64,000 nt of DNA from Bacilli bacterium (GTDB lineage Bacteria > Bacillota_I > Bacilli_A > RFN20 > CAG-826): positions 22,125 to 86,124 of the forward strand of contig JBGUQI010000022.1 of assembly GCA_045130875.1 (NCBI GenBank), in the 5' to 3' direction. Below, piece after piece: positions 50,073-59,519 of the stretch. The position numbers and the translations under genes are program-made. Position 1 is the first letter of the stretch, and every line of letters starts with the position of its first letter. The notes beneath the pieces are model-generated. The model made no database searches. It had not been told where the DNA came from and saw only the letters and a list, made by a program, of their open reading frames with translations.

Positions 50073-51266
50073 TTAATCATGTTGTTTAACTGGTCCACCG
50101 AAGAGTTCTAGTTTCTTTAATAAAACCTTCATTCCTTCGATATCTAATCTGCCGGTGTTATGGGAGGTATAAGATTCTCCAATGTTGAGTTTCTTATTTC
50201 CTTTAGAGAAATATTTCTCATAATTTAAGTCTCTATTATCCGCTTTAACGCAGAAGAAATTGCCTAAATCAATCGCATGTAACATCTCCTCTTGAGTAAC
50301 GAGTGTTTCATAGAGTTTTTCACCATGTCTTGTACCGATATAACTAACACCAGTTTTACTACCGGTTAAATCGATGACCGCTCTAGCGAGAGTTTCAATT
50401 GTCGCAGCAGGTGCTTTCTGGACAAATAAGTCACCTTGTTCGCCATGTTCAAAGGCATATAAAACTAAATCTACTGCATCATCTAAAGTCATCATGAATC
50501 TAGTCATATCGGGATTTGTAATGGTAATTGGTTTGCCTTCATGAATTTGATTCAAGAATAGAGGAATGACACTACCACGACTGGCCATGACATTACCATA
50601 TCTCGTTAAACATAAAACGGTATCGCCTGGTAATAGTTGTCTACTTCTCGCGATAACATTCTTTTCCATCAAAGCTTTAGAGATACCCATCGCATTGATT
50701 GGATAAGCAGCTTTATCAGTAGATAAAAAGATGGCTTTTTTGACATGATTACGCACACAAGCGGTAATGACATTATCACTACCGATAACATTCGTTCTCA
50801 CCGCTTCCATAGGATAGAATTCGCAAGAAGGAACTTGTTTTAATGCTGCCGCAGAAAACACATAGTCAACACCTTTAAAGGCATCTATAATGCTATCTAA
50901 ATTACGGACATCACCAATATAAAATTTTAATTTGGAATTATTGTATGCCTTACGCATATCATCTTGTTTCTTTTCATCACGAGAAAGAATTCTGATTTCT
51001 TTGATATCAGTATTTAAAAATCTATCGACGACCGCGTGACCAAAACTACCGGTACCACCGGTAATTAATAAGATTTTATCTTTTAATATCGCAGTATCTT
51101 TCGCAGCATATTCCATCAAACGATCTTTAATACCTTCTAATTTAATTTGGTCAACATTCTCTTCGTCACTTTCATAAGAGACATAAGTTCTTAAAGGCAT
51201 GCCGATAATCTCTGCGGCTTCCTTTTGAGTTAATTTGCAGTTTTTGCGTATTTCTTTAAGTGTCAT
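50073..51266 (-). CDS. capE: CapE/FnlA-like UDP-GlcNAc 4,6-dehydratase/5-epimerase with an N-terminal XRE-type HTH extension
   Basis: From residue ~62 it aligns closely with S. aureus CapE as I recall it (KILLITGGTGSFG.. RDEKKQDDMR.. KLKFYIGDVR.. AALKQVPSCEF.. TRYGNVMASRGSVIPLF.. IGTRHGEKLYE). The first ~60 aa, MTLKEIRKNCKLTQKEAAEIIGMPLRTYVSYE, form an HTH_3-like motif. Confidence 0.85.
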   Translation of the reverse strand: MTLKEIRKNCKLTQKEAAEIIGMPLRTYVSYESDEENVDQIKLEGIKDRLMEYAAKDTAILKDKILLITGGTGSFGHAVVDRFLNTDIKEIRILSRDEKKQDDMRKAYNNSKLKFYIGDVRNLDSIIDAFKGVDYVFSAAALKQVPSCEFYPMEAVRTNVIGSDNVITACVRNHVKKAIFLSTDKAAYPINAMGISKALMEKNVIARSRQLLPGDTVLCLTRYGNVMASRGSVIPLFLNQIHEGKPITITNPDMTRFMMTLDDAVDLVLYAFEHGEQGDLFVQKAPAATIETLARAVIDLTGSKTGVSYIGTRHGEKLYETLVTQEEMLHAIDLGNFFCVKADNRDLNYEKYFSKGNKKLNIGESYTSHNTGRLDIEGMKVLLKKLELFGGPVKQHD

Positions 51267-51428
51267 ATTTGCACCTCAATTCCCTTATATTATATATATT
51301 TAATAAGGATATAAAAAGGAAAAACGCAAATATTGCACTTTTTATAAATATGAATACCAAAGAAATATATCTATTCTTTAATCATTTTTCAAAATGGGGT
51401 ATGCTATTTTTATAAAGGGGTATTTTTT

Positions 51429-52715
51429 ATGAAAAAAATCTATCTATTATCCTGTACCTTTTTGCTTGCCTTAACTGGATGTAATGAAGCCAATAAAGGA
51501 AGTGGCAGCGCAGAACCATCCGCTTTGACACCACAAGAAGCTTTTTTATGGATTAAAGAAGGTAACTACACTATGGATGTCAAAGTTTCTTACTATGATG
51601 AAGGTGGAGAAAAAGACATCATCGAAAGTCGCATCAAGAAAGATGAAATGAAATTTGATCTCATGGGTTTAGATGCTTCTGAAGGTCATCAACAATATGT
51701 CACCTATAAGATGTATGATTACACCTTAGCGGACAGAGCATACTGCTATGAAATTGCTAAAACACTAGACGAGGAAGAGGAAGAAAACATCTGGTATCGT
51801 GAACGAGTGGAAGATGATGCCGATTATTTAAGCGAAGTTCTCTTCCAAGATGAAGAATTAGAAACATTTGTCACTGGTTTTGAAAATGCAAAATGGGATA
51901 TTGATGGATATACCTATTCTGGTGAGAGTGAATTAGATGAAAACTATGTTTTCAAATTCGAAATTGTGGTTAACACTTCTTATGTTGAAAGCATCAAAGT
52001 GGAATTCATTGATAGCAGAAAAGATGGAGAAGCTGCTTTCCACACTGATTATGAATATGCATTCTCACATGTCGGTGAAACTATCGTTAAACTTCCTGTC
52101 ACGGTTAATGATATTTATGATGCAGTTGATGAGATGATGGATAAACTCCATGCTGCCAGAAGTTATGAATTAGAGTGTGTGGTAGAATCCAATATTCCAG
52201 ATGCTCCTGTCGGAACATACGATGTCAAAGTTGAGATAGTAGGCGATGAATATCACGTTTCTAAAGAAACTCCAGATGGGGTTATCGTCGGAAGATATGA
52301 ACCCGAAACAGAAGATGAAACTGCGACATTTACAGTCTATTTACCAACTGACGATGGTTATACAAGCGAGATTGTCAATCGTAATCAATTCTACAGTAAC
52401 TATTTCTATGGTTTTGCCACTCCATATGATTTAGGTAGTGTTAACTTCTCTTATACCGATCCCGCTGATGAGGCATATTGGTTAAGTGCTGTTCCAACAT
52501 TGACTGATGAAGGAATTACTCTCCAAGAGCAAGGTCCTGAAACCGCAATCACCTATATCTATAAAATGAATGAACATGGTTTACCTACTGAAATCGTTAA
52601 TCAAATGAGTGGTAGAGATACTCAGGGTCAAAATTTGTATGTGAACCTCACCATTTCTATCTCTCACATTGGTGACACTGAAGTTCCAATGCCACACGTA
52701 GCAGGTAATGCTTAA
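51429..52715 (+). CDS. acidic lipoprotein, unknown function
   Basis: Lipobox LTGC. 428 aa, rich in D, E and Y. Confidence 0.7.
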   Translation: MKKIYLLSCTFLLALTGCNEANKGSGSAEPSALTPQEAFLWIKEGNYTMDVKVSYYDEGGEKDIIESRIKKDEMKFDLMGLDASEGHQQYVTYKMYDYTLADRAYCYEIAKTLDEEEEENIWYRERVEDDADYLSEVLFQDEELETFVTGFENAKWDIDGYTYSGESELDENYVFKFEIVVNTSYVESIKVEFIDSRKDGEAAFHTDYEYAFSHVGETIVKLPVTVNDIYDAVDEMMDKLHAARSYELECVVESNIPDAPVGTYDVKVEIVGDEYHVSKETPDGVIVGRYEPETEDETATFTVYLPTDDGYTSEIVNRNQFYSNYFYGFATPYDLGSVNFSYTDPADEAYWLSAVPTLTDEGITLQEQGPETAITYIYKMNEHGLPTEIVNQMSGRDTQGQNLYVNLTISISHIGDTEVPMPHVAGNA

Positions 52716-52734
52716 TCAATAATTATTTTGAATC

Positions 52735-52759
52735 GGGACACCTTATGGTGTCCTTTTTT
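52735..52759 (+). terminator. rho-independent terminator
   Basis: Stem gggacacc/ggtgtcc followed by a T6 run. Confidence 0.8.
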
Positions 52760-52872
52760 ATTTTGCATAATCAAGGCATTTCGCTTCACATATACATTAA
52801 GTTGTGATGGAAATGTAGTTCTCTCTTGGAAACAAAAAAGAACTTCACAAAAAACTCATAATTTCTTAGAAA

Positions 52873-52900
52873 GAAAAGTAGCTTTACAAGCTACTTTTTT
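52873..52900. terminator. bidirectional rho-independent terminator
   Basis: Stem agtagctt/aagctact flanked by A- and T-runs. It lies 40 nt downstream of the minus-strand stop. Confidence 0.65.
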
Positions 52901-52939
52901 GTTAAATATTATTCAGTTTTTTGATTATTGCATTGCAAA

Positions 52940-55657
52940 CTAAGCAATGTAAATTGAAATGCTGGGGCGGACACTAAGGTATTCGCCATCGGGCATAAAG
53001 TAGTTCATATCACCATCACTGAAAACACCCCACACACATTCGGAATCTTCACTAGTAGGAGAGCGAGTAAAATATGCCCCTTTGTACAAGCGATTGCTTT
53101 GATCTACATTGGAATAATAATATGCGCATTTTGCTCTGTCCCAGTCTGTTGTTCTACAGCCTCGTGTGTCGGTTGAACTAGTTGAGTCTAAAAAACCATA
53201 TGAGTTATTGAGGTAATCTCTATAACTTGGTAAAAATACTTTGTCTTGAGTATTATCACAAGCATATGGATTATTATCTGAATCAGTTGTGGAAGCACTA
53301 TTATCAACTGTCGTGGTTTGGATATATTCATTTCCTAATGCAAATGCGGAATTATAAAATTCGTTATTTAACCACGATCTAATATCTGAGTCCTTATAAT
53401 TGTTTGAAGAAGCCGCATATCTACATTCATCTAATAACACTGATGATAGCAAATAATATGAACCATTATTGTTGCTTAATATGTTCCAAACGATAGGTTC
53501 ACATTTAAACCAATAGGTAGTCCCATTTACGATAGTTGTACCATTATCGAATTTATATTTTGAGTTATATGGATAGGCAATACTTTTGGCATAATATTCA
53601 TTATTGTATAAATACCAACCGTTTGATTCTGGTGTTGATAGAGAATTAAGCGAGGCAATTAAAGATGAATCATTAACATTCTTTTGTGGATATAGACCAT
53701 ATGTTACTGTCATATTATTTAAGTCAACAGAAGGAATAATGCCCAAAGCAATTTTTCTCGCTTCTTCCTCTTCTTCTGCTTGTGTCATAAATCTTGCAGA
53801 TAATGAATAATTAGAAGCTGGCATAGTAAATGTATATGGATTTTGTTTTGATACAAGAGTGTCATCAGCATCAAACCATCCCATAAATGTTCCTGAAATA
53901 TAATTCATTGTAACCGTTACACTTGTGCCCGCTTGATATTGGCCACTACCAGTAACGGTGCCTTTTGAAGTATCACTAGATGTGACAGTTAATGTATATC
54001 CAGATACAAAAGATGCATATAAAGTAACATCATGATTTGGCATAACAAAAGAATAAGATGAATCATAAGACACTTCATTCAAGTCATCATCATACCAATA
54101 ATCAAATGCATAACCTAACTCTGCATTAGCAATAATCGTGACTTCTAATCCTTCACCCCATTCAGTTGGTGAAGATACGGTGCCTCTTGATTCATCATCA
54201 CTATAAATATATAGGTTATGATTATTGACAAATCTAGCCTCATAATTAAGAGACTGATTAGGCATATTAAATGTAAGTGTTGACTCTTGGGACACAAGTG
54301 TTACTCCATCATACCACCCAAAGAAAGAATAATGTTCATTAGGAGTGGCCACTAGAGTAACTTCTTGTTGATAAGTATATGAACCTGCGCCAGTCACACT
54401 TCCCTTTGAACTATCATTAACAGATAAAGCTACTGAATATGGGGTCCATTCAAACTTAGCAATGATTCCCAAATCTTCGTGTGGCATAGAAAATGAATAT
54501 GGATTTAATTGCGAAATCAAATTGTCATTCGTATCATACCAACCCAAAAAACTTACTCCAGTATTTGGATGAGCACTAAGAATAACATTTGTTTTATATG
54601 GATGCACTCCAGCACCAGACACACTTCCTAAAGTTGGATTCTGATTAGTTATAGTTAGATTGTAATTATTTATAGAAAACTTAGCGATATATGTTGTATT
54701 ACTATGAGGCATATTAAATGTATATGGATTGGATGAAGATACCAAACTGTTGCCTTCATACCAACCAGCAAAGGTGTATCCATCATTAGCCTCTGCTGAA
54801 ACAGTAATTTCGGTTAAATAATTGTAGCTACCACTAGAATTAGAAACACTTCCTTTTTCTAATGATTCTGATTCAATTACTAAGTTATATGATTCATATG
54901 TAAATCTAGCAACATAAAATAAATCATCGTCACCCATTAAAAATGAATAAGAAGCATTTGAAGAAATCAAATTTGATTTATCGTCGTACCAACCAACAAA
55001 TCTATATCCTGCTTTTGGTGTAGCTGTAATAGTTACATTTTCACCCGTAATCTTTGTTCCTCCACCGGAAACCGTTCCCATTGTTTCATCGTTGCTTGAT
55101 ATAGATAACAATGGATATGTATTTAAACATGAATGTCTCAAGGTAATAGATGAAATATTTAGATTTGAATTGCTGGTATTTATAATTTTGAAATAATTTG
55201 GTAAATATCCATCAAAATTAAAAAGTGTATTAGAAGAAGTTGATGAAGAAAGCTCTATATGATGATCAAAACTCCTGTCTCTAGAATAATAAATTGAATA
55301 GTTCGCATCATTTGTCTTAAATGTCAAATCTATGCTTTCTATTCCATGAACCGGATCTGTGTTATAAAAATATCCATCACTGCCTAGCACGTGCCAAGTC
55401 GCAGCAATGCCTTTAATTTGATAATATTCAAATTCGATATCATTCCCTAAATTTGTTTTTATTGTGGTCGTTCCATCATAAGCGGTGTTACCAGTATAAG
55501 AATGGAATTTATTAGTTGAAGAATCGAATCTAATTGCATAATTACTATCAGCTTGAGATAAGCTAAATAAATTTGTATTAGAAGCAAATAATAGACTAAT
55601 TAAAAGTGCTGAAACACTAAAACTAACAAGAAAGGAAGATAACAATTTCTTTTTCAT
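52940..55657 (-). CDS. secreted protein with ~7 Listeria-Bacteroides (InlB B-type) repeats and a DUF6273-like C-terminal domain
   Basis: Signal peptide. Repeated G..F.GWYD....vs....ysF.Mp modules. C-terminus ...YFTRSP....VRPSISI resembles the W/F-x-RSP ... RP pattern. Confidence 0.75.
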   Translation of the reverse strand: MKKKLLSSFLVSFSVSALLISLLFASNTNLFSLSQADSNYAIRFDSSTNKFHSYTGNTAYDGTTTIKTNLGNDIEFEYYQIKGIAATWHVLGSDGYFYNTDPVHGIESIDLTFKTNDANYSIYYSRDRSFDHHIELSSSTSSNTLFNFDGYLPNYFKIINTSNSNLNISSITLRHSCLNTYPLLSISSNDETMGTVSGGGTKITGENVTITATPKAGYRFVGWYDDKSNLISSNASYSFLMGDDDLFYVARFTYESYNLVIESESLEKGSVSNSSGSYNYLTEITVSAEANDGYTFAGWYEGNSLVSSSNPYTFNMPHSNTTYIAKFSINNYNLTITNQNPTLGSVSGAGVHPYKTNVILSAHPNTGVSFLGWYDTNDNLISQLNPYSFSMPHEDLGIIAKFEWTPYSVALSVNDSSKGSVTGAGSYTYQQEVTLVATPNEHYSFFGWYDGVTLVSQESTLTFNMPNQSLNYEARFVNNHNLYIYSDDESRGTVSSPTEWGEGLEVTIIANAELGYAFDYWYDDDLNEVSYDSSYSFVMPNHDVTLYASFVSGYTLTVTSSDTSKGTVTGSGQYQAGTSVTVTMNYISGTFMGWFDADDTLVSKQNPYTFTMPASNYSLSARFMTQAEEEEEARKIALGIIPSVDLNNMTVTYGLYPQKNVNDSSLIASLNSLSTPESNGWYLYNNEYYAKSIAYPYNSKYKFDNGTTIVNGTTYWFKCEPIVWNILSNNNGSYYLLSSVLLDECRYAASSNNYKDSDIRSWLNNEFYNSAFALGNEYIQTTTVDNSASTTDSDNNPYACDNTQDKVFLPSYRDYLNNSYGFLDSTSSTDTRGCRTTDWDRAKCAYYYSNVDQSNRLYKGAYFTRSPTSEDSECVWGVFSDGDMNYFMPDGEYLSVRPSISIYIA

Positions 55658-55807
55658 TAAGTTAAACCTCCAAAAAACACAAGCCCTTGGCCACAGATCT
55701 TTAGAAGATATAATAATAAATTATTATCCCCCTATAAATTTATTTGTATAAGAGAGGCCAGGCAATTAGCTTATTTATATTTTACAAATTGTAGTTTTTA
55801 AATGAAA

Positions 55808-55843
55808 GATTTAATTAAACGATTTAATTAAGCGATTAAAAAG
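55808..55843. repeat. tandem 13-bp direct repeat GATTTAATTAA(A/G)C x2 plus a partial third copy
   Basis: Copies at 55808-55820 and 55821-55833 differ by 1 nt. A partial GATTAAAAAG follows. It lies in the 400-nt region upstream of the repeat-protein gene. Confidence 0.6.
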
Positions 55844-56019
55844 TGAGAGCCGAACACTATTTTCATAATTAACATAATAAATAAGTAGAATAAATACGTG
55901 AGTTTTTTATACTTTTTATAGTTCAAGTCTTATCGCCAATCCATATATTTTTCTTTTTTGTGGTGCATAAGAACACCATTGACGCAAAGTAAATTTAGTT
56001 AACAACGGATTAAAAACAC

Positions 56020-56050
56020 AAAAAAAGCACTGATATTGCGTATCAATGCT
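56020..56050 (-). terminator. rho-independent terminator after tRNA-Ser
   Basis: Minus-strand stem gcattgat/atcagtgc (one G-U pair) followed by a T7 run. Confidence 0.65.
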
Positions 56051-56063
56051 TGTTCTTATTATC

Positions 56064-56155
56064 TGGCGGAGTAGAAGAGACTCGAACTCTTGCACCAGTT
56101 AACCCGATCTACTTCCTTAGCAGGGAAGCCCCTTCACCAACTTGGGTACTACTCC
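56064..56155 (-). tRNA. tRNA-Ser (anticodon GCU), long variable arm, CCA encoded
   Basis: The reverse complement gives GGAGTAG..CTTCC-CTGCTAA-GGAAG..AAGAGTTCGAGTCTCTT-CTACTCC-G-CCA. 92 nt. Confidence 0.9.
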
Positions 56156-56207
56156 AGGTGAACGCTCACTATACTATCATAATGAGCGCTAAAAATGAAA
56201 TATATTT

Positions 56208-57644
56208 TTAATAAGCTTTGGCGAACAATACCACTTTAGTGGCCTTTTTACCACAGCAAGGACAAGTATCACCAATGGGCATTTGATTGAATGGCAAGCA
56301 TCTCGCTGTCGCGGTGGTTAATTCTTTAATCTTGTTTTCACAAGCGACATCGCCACACCACATCATCTTTGCATAGCCACCTTTTTCTAAAGCCTTATTG
56401 AGTTCATCTAAGTCTTTAGCTTCAGTGACATGGTCTAATAAGTAGCGGTAAGCTTTCTCATACATCTCTTTATGAATCTCTGGGATTAAGCGTTTAATGG
56501 TTTCCACCATTTCTTCTTTCTTCACAGAAATCTTTTCACCGTTATGACGTTTTACTAAAGTAACCACGCCATTTTCCATGTCTCTGGGTCCGATTTCCAC
56601 ACGAAGTGGGACACCCTTCATCTCATATTCAGAGAATTTCCAACCAGGAGTCTTATCAGATTCATCTAATTTCACTCTAATACCGGCTTCTTTGATGAGT
56701 TTTTCTAATTCTCTAGCAGCAGGAATAACTCCAGGTTTTTGTTGGGCAATTGGAATGACCACAGCTTGGATTGGTGCCACATAAGGAGGTAAGACTAAGC
56801 CATTATCATCACCATGAACCATGATGATTGCACCTAATAATCTTGTGGAAACACCCCAAGATGTTTGATAAGGATTTTCCAATTTCCCATCTCTTCCTTG
56901 GAAAGAGATACCAAAGGCTTTAGAGAAACCTTGACCAAAGTAATGGGTAGTACCACTTTGTAAGGCTTTACCATCAGGCATTAAGGCTTCGATAGAATAG
57001 GTTTCTAAAGCACCGGCAAATTTTTCTTTTTCAGTCTTTCTTCCTTTAGTAAAAGGAATAGCTAATAAATCTCTACCTAAGTCATCATAGATTTCTAACA
57101 TTCTTAATGTCTCAGTTCTGGCTTCTTCTTCGGTCTCGTGCATCGTATGACCTTCTTGCCATAAGAATTCCGCACCTCTTAAGAAAGGTCTGGTGGTCTT
57201 TTCCCATCTGACGACAGAACACCACTGATTGTAGAGTTTTGGTAAATCTCTATAACTAGAGATAACTTTGGCATAATGTTCACAGAATAATGTTTCGCTT
57301 GTAGGTCTAATGATTAAGGGATCATCGATTTCTTGTCCCCCACCGATTGTGGCCACTAAACATTCAGGAGCAAATCCTTCAATGTGGTCTTTTTCTTTTT
57401 GAAGTAAAGAAGTAGGAATGACTGTGGGCATATAGACATTTTCATGTCCTGTTTCTTTAAATCTTTTATTTAAATAGTTTTGAATTTCTTCCCAAATCGC
57501 ATAACCATAAGGACGATAGATGATAAATCCCTTCACGGATGAATAATCCATGAGTTCCGCTTTACGGCACACATCAGTGTACCACTGGGCAAAATCATCT
57601 TCTTGTCTAGTTATGGATTGATTTTTAATTTGTTTATTTTCCAT
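56208..57644 (-). CDS. proS: proline--tRNA ligase (archaeal/eukaryote-like type, no insertion editing domain)
   Basis: 478 aa. Class II motifs. C-terminal Zn-like C..C...C..C and terminal Y. Confidence 0.92.
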   Translation of the reverse strand: MENKQIKNQSITRQEDDFAQWYTDVCRKAELMDYSSVKGFIIYRPYGYAIWEEIQNYLNKRFKETGHENVYMPTVIPTSLLQKEKDHIEGFAPECLVATIGGGQEIDDPLIIRPTSETLFCEHYAKVISSYRDLPKLYNQWCSVVRWEKTTRPFLRGAEFLWQEGHTMHETEEEARTETLRMLEIYDDLGRDLLAIPFTKGRKTEKEKFAGALETYSIEALMPDGKALQSGTTHYFGQGFSKAFGISFQGRDGKLENPYQTSWGVSTRLLGAIIMVHGDDNGLVLPPYVAPIQAVVIPIAQQKPGVIPAARELEKLIKEAGIRVKLDESDKTPGWKFSEYEMKGVPLRVEIGPRDMENGVVTLVKRHNGEKISVKKEEMVETIKRLIPEIHKEMYEKAYRYLLDHVTEAKDLDELNKALEKGGYAKMMWCGDVACENKIKELTTATARCLPFNQMPIGDTCPCCGKKATKVVLFAKAY

Positions 57645-57658
57645 ATATCAACATTCTC

Positions 57659-59416
57659 CTATCGGAATTTTTCGTACATTTCATGTAATTTGACAATCTT
57701 CTTCTTTTCCACAGGAAGAAGCATATCGTTTGAGGGGCTAATTGCTTCGCAAGAAACAATGGGGATGCCACTCTTAATGATGAGTTCTGTGGCTTGCCAA
57801 CCTTCTAAGTCAGTAGCGATGATTGGTTGTGAGAATTTTAGTAATTGTTCAATTAAAGTATGGATGGATAATCTCACCTTATTGTTGCTCTTAATCTCAC
57901 TCATCATCGCGGCTCCAACGACAAAATAATTGAAGATATTATAGACACTTGGATCAAGCAACAAATCTTTATCAAGCATGGATAAGGCTATTTCATAGCC
58001 CGCTTTTCTAATCTTCTTGAAGGAAGACTTCAATAATTCTAATTGTGAGGAGTTCTCATTTACCTCTTGTTCATCAAACACTAAGACAAGATTAATATCT
58101 TTGGTTTGAGGGATTTGAGGGAGAATCTCTAACATATGATCTAAGTCCATCATCGAGACTGACATAAATAGACGGCAAGTCTGTGTAGGTCGTTCATTAA
58201 AGAACTTAGGAATCACGGTTTTGGCGACATTAGCGAATAGTTCTTTACCTCTTCCGACACGCGCAGCATATTTGCTCATCTCCGCGAAGGAGGAGAATGG
58301 AGAGCCATAGGCTCTAACATATTCGAAATATCCAAAAGCGGATCCTGTTCTCGATGAATCGATAATAGGTCGATATAGATAACGTAAATTGTTGTTATCT
58401 AATAGTCTTTCGACTTCATCATTAAATTTATTTAATTCTTGAGAGATTGGTCCACGAGACTTCTGATAGATGAAGACATCTTGACCATTCTGTTGTGCGG
58501 TAATACAAGCTTCTTGCGCTTTTTGCACAATCATATCAAAGTCTTGATAGAATTGAGCATTTTCCACGACACCGATGGAGAAGGTCACGGAATCGTTATA
58601 ACCATTCACACCAATACATTTCCTTAGGGAATGGGAAATGGAAGCGGCGAGTTGCATAGCTTCATCTCTATTGGGGATATGGATATCAAATAAGAGGATT
58701 TCATTTCCACTATCATCAATAATCTGTCTGGGTTGATGTTTATTAGAAGCGTAAGGATAGACTTCGTTCTTTAATGTCATCATCATGTAGCGTTCAATCT
58801 TTTCATTAGAAAGAGCTTTTTGACGGACATAGAAGAATCTAATCGCAAATGTAAAACCTCTTAAGGATTTACCTTTAGAGATGATATTGCTCATATAGCT
58901 TCTCTTAACAACACCGGTAAGACTACCCTTCTTCTTAGAAGAGAAGTTTGTGGGGGTGATATATCTTAAGATATGACTCTCTAAGTGGATGACACCCACT
59001 TTGGGATCATATTTGATTAATTTTAATAAAGAGAAATAAGTGGCTTTGCCTCTATTTAAGACGACATCAGCTTCCAAATATTGGTCACAACCTTTTGGGT
59101 TAGTGACGATAGAATAAATCCACTGTTGTACTTTCTCACTATCATTTTGATGGAAATGGAAATAGAAATCAGAGAGTTCCATCGTTCTCTTATTCTTCAT
59201 ATCGCTTCTATTAAAGAAGACAACATTGTTATTCTTCACATCCACCGCAAAGATTCTTGTAGAGATGCTCTCTTGCTTAATTTTCTCCTCATAACTATTA
59301 AAGGAGCGGTTAATAACCACATAGGTAATAATGACAAAAAGCAATAGGAAGAAGACGAGCAACACTATTGTGAAGAAGATAACGAAGTTTGTGTCATTAA
59401 AGTTCCACCACTGCAT
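57659..59416 (-). CDS. membrane-anchored protein with degenerate GGDEF-like and degenerate EAL-like domains
   Basis: N-terminal TM helix. GGDEF-tail-like VTFSIGVV...VQKAQEACITAQQNGQDVFIY. EAL-like YRPIID...FGYFEYVRA with EYV in place of EAL, SMLD in place of DDFG, and DLEG in place of EGVE. Confidence 0.55.
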   Translation of the reverse strand: MQWWNFNDTNFVIFFTIVLLVFFLLLFVIITYVVINRSFNSYEEKIKQESISTRIFAVDVKNNNVVFFNRSDMKNKRTMELSDFYFHFHQNDSEKVQQWIYSIVTNPKGCDQYLEADVVLNRGKATYFSLLKLIKYDPKVGVIHLESHILRYITPTNFSSKKKGSLTGVVKRSYMSNIISKGKSLRGFTFAIRFFYVRQKALSNEKIERYMMMTLKNEVYPYASNKHQPRQIIDDSGNEILLFDIHIPNRDEAMQLAASISHSLRKCIGVNGYNDSVTFSIGVVENAQFYQDFDMIVQKAQEACITAQQNGQDVFIYQKSRGPISQELNKFNDEVERLLDNNNLRYLYRPIIDSSRTGSAFGYFEYVRAYGSPFSSFAEMSKYAARVGRGKELFANVAKTVIPKFFNERPTQTCRLFMSVSMMDLDHMLEILPQIPQTKDINLVLVFDEQEVNENSSQLELLKSSFKKIRKAGYEIALSMLDKDLLLDPSVYNIFNYFVVGAAMMSEIKSNNKVRLSIHTLIEQLLKFSQPIIATDLEGWQATELIIKSGIPIVSCEAISPSNDMLLPVEKKKIVKLHEMYEKFR

Positions 59417-59478
59417 ACTTGTTTATTATACTCAATGAACATAAATTTGACTATTCAAAAAGTCAAAATTAGTTCAAC

Positions 59479-59506
59479 TTGTTAATAGCGATAGTTATGA
59501 TATAAT
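59479..59506 (+). promoter_or_regulatory. candidate promoter for tRNA-Ser(CGA)
   Basis: TTGTTA-16-TGaTATAAT (extended -10), about 14 nt upstream of the tRNA 5' end. Confidence 0.5.
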
Positions 59507-59519
59507 ACCTCTCGTCGCT

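Noticed and set aside
52728-52943. 71-aa plus-strand ORF between the lipoprotein gene and the repeat-protein gene.
   Set aside because: It spans two terminator hairpins and an intergenic region. It has no SD, and its start overlaps a terminator stem.
55948-55966. 15-nt identity (ttcttttttgtggtg) between 55948-55966 and 60723-60740.
   Set aside because: A single T-rich 15-mer match is expected by chance in 64 kb of AT-rich DNA. The flanks do not align.
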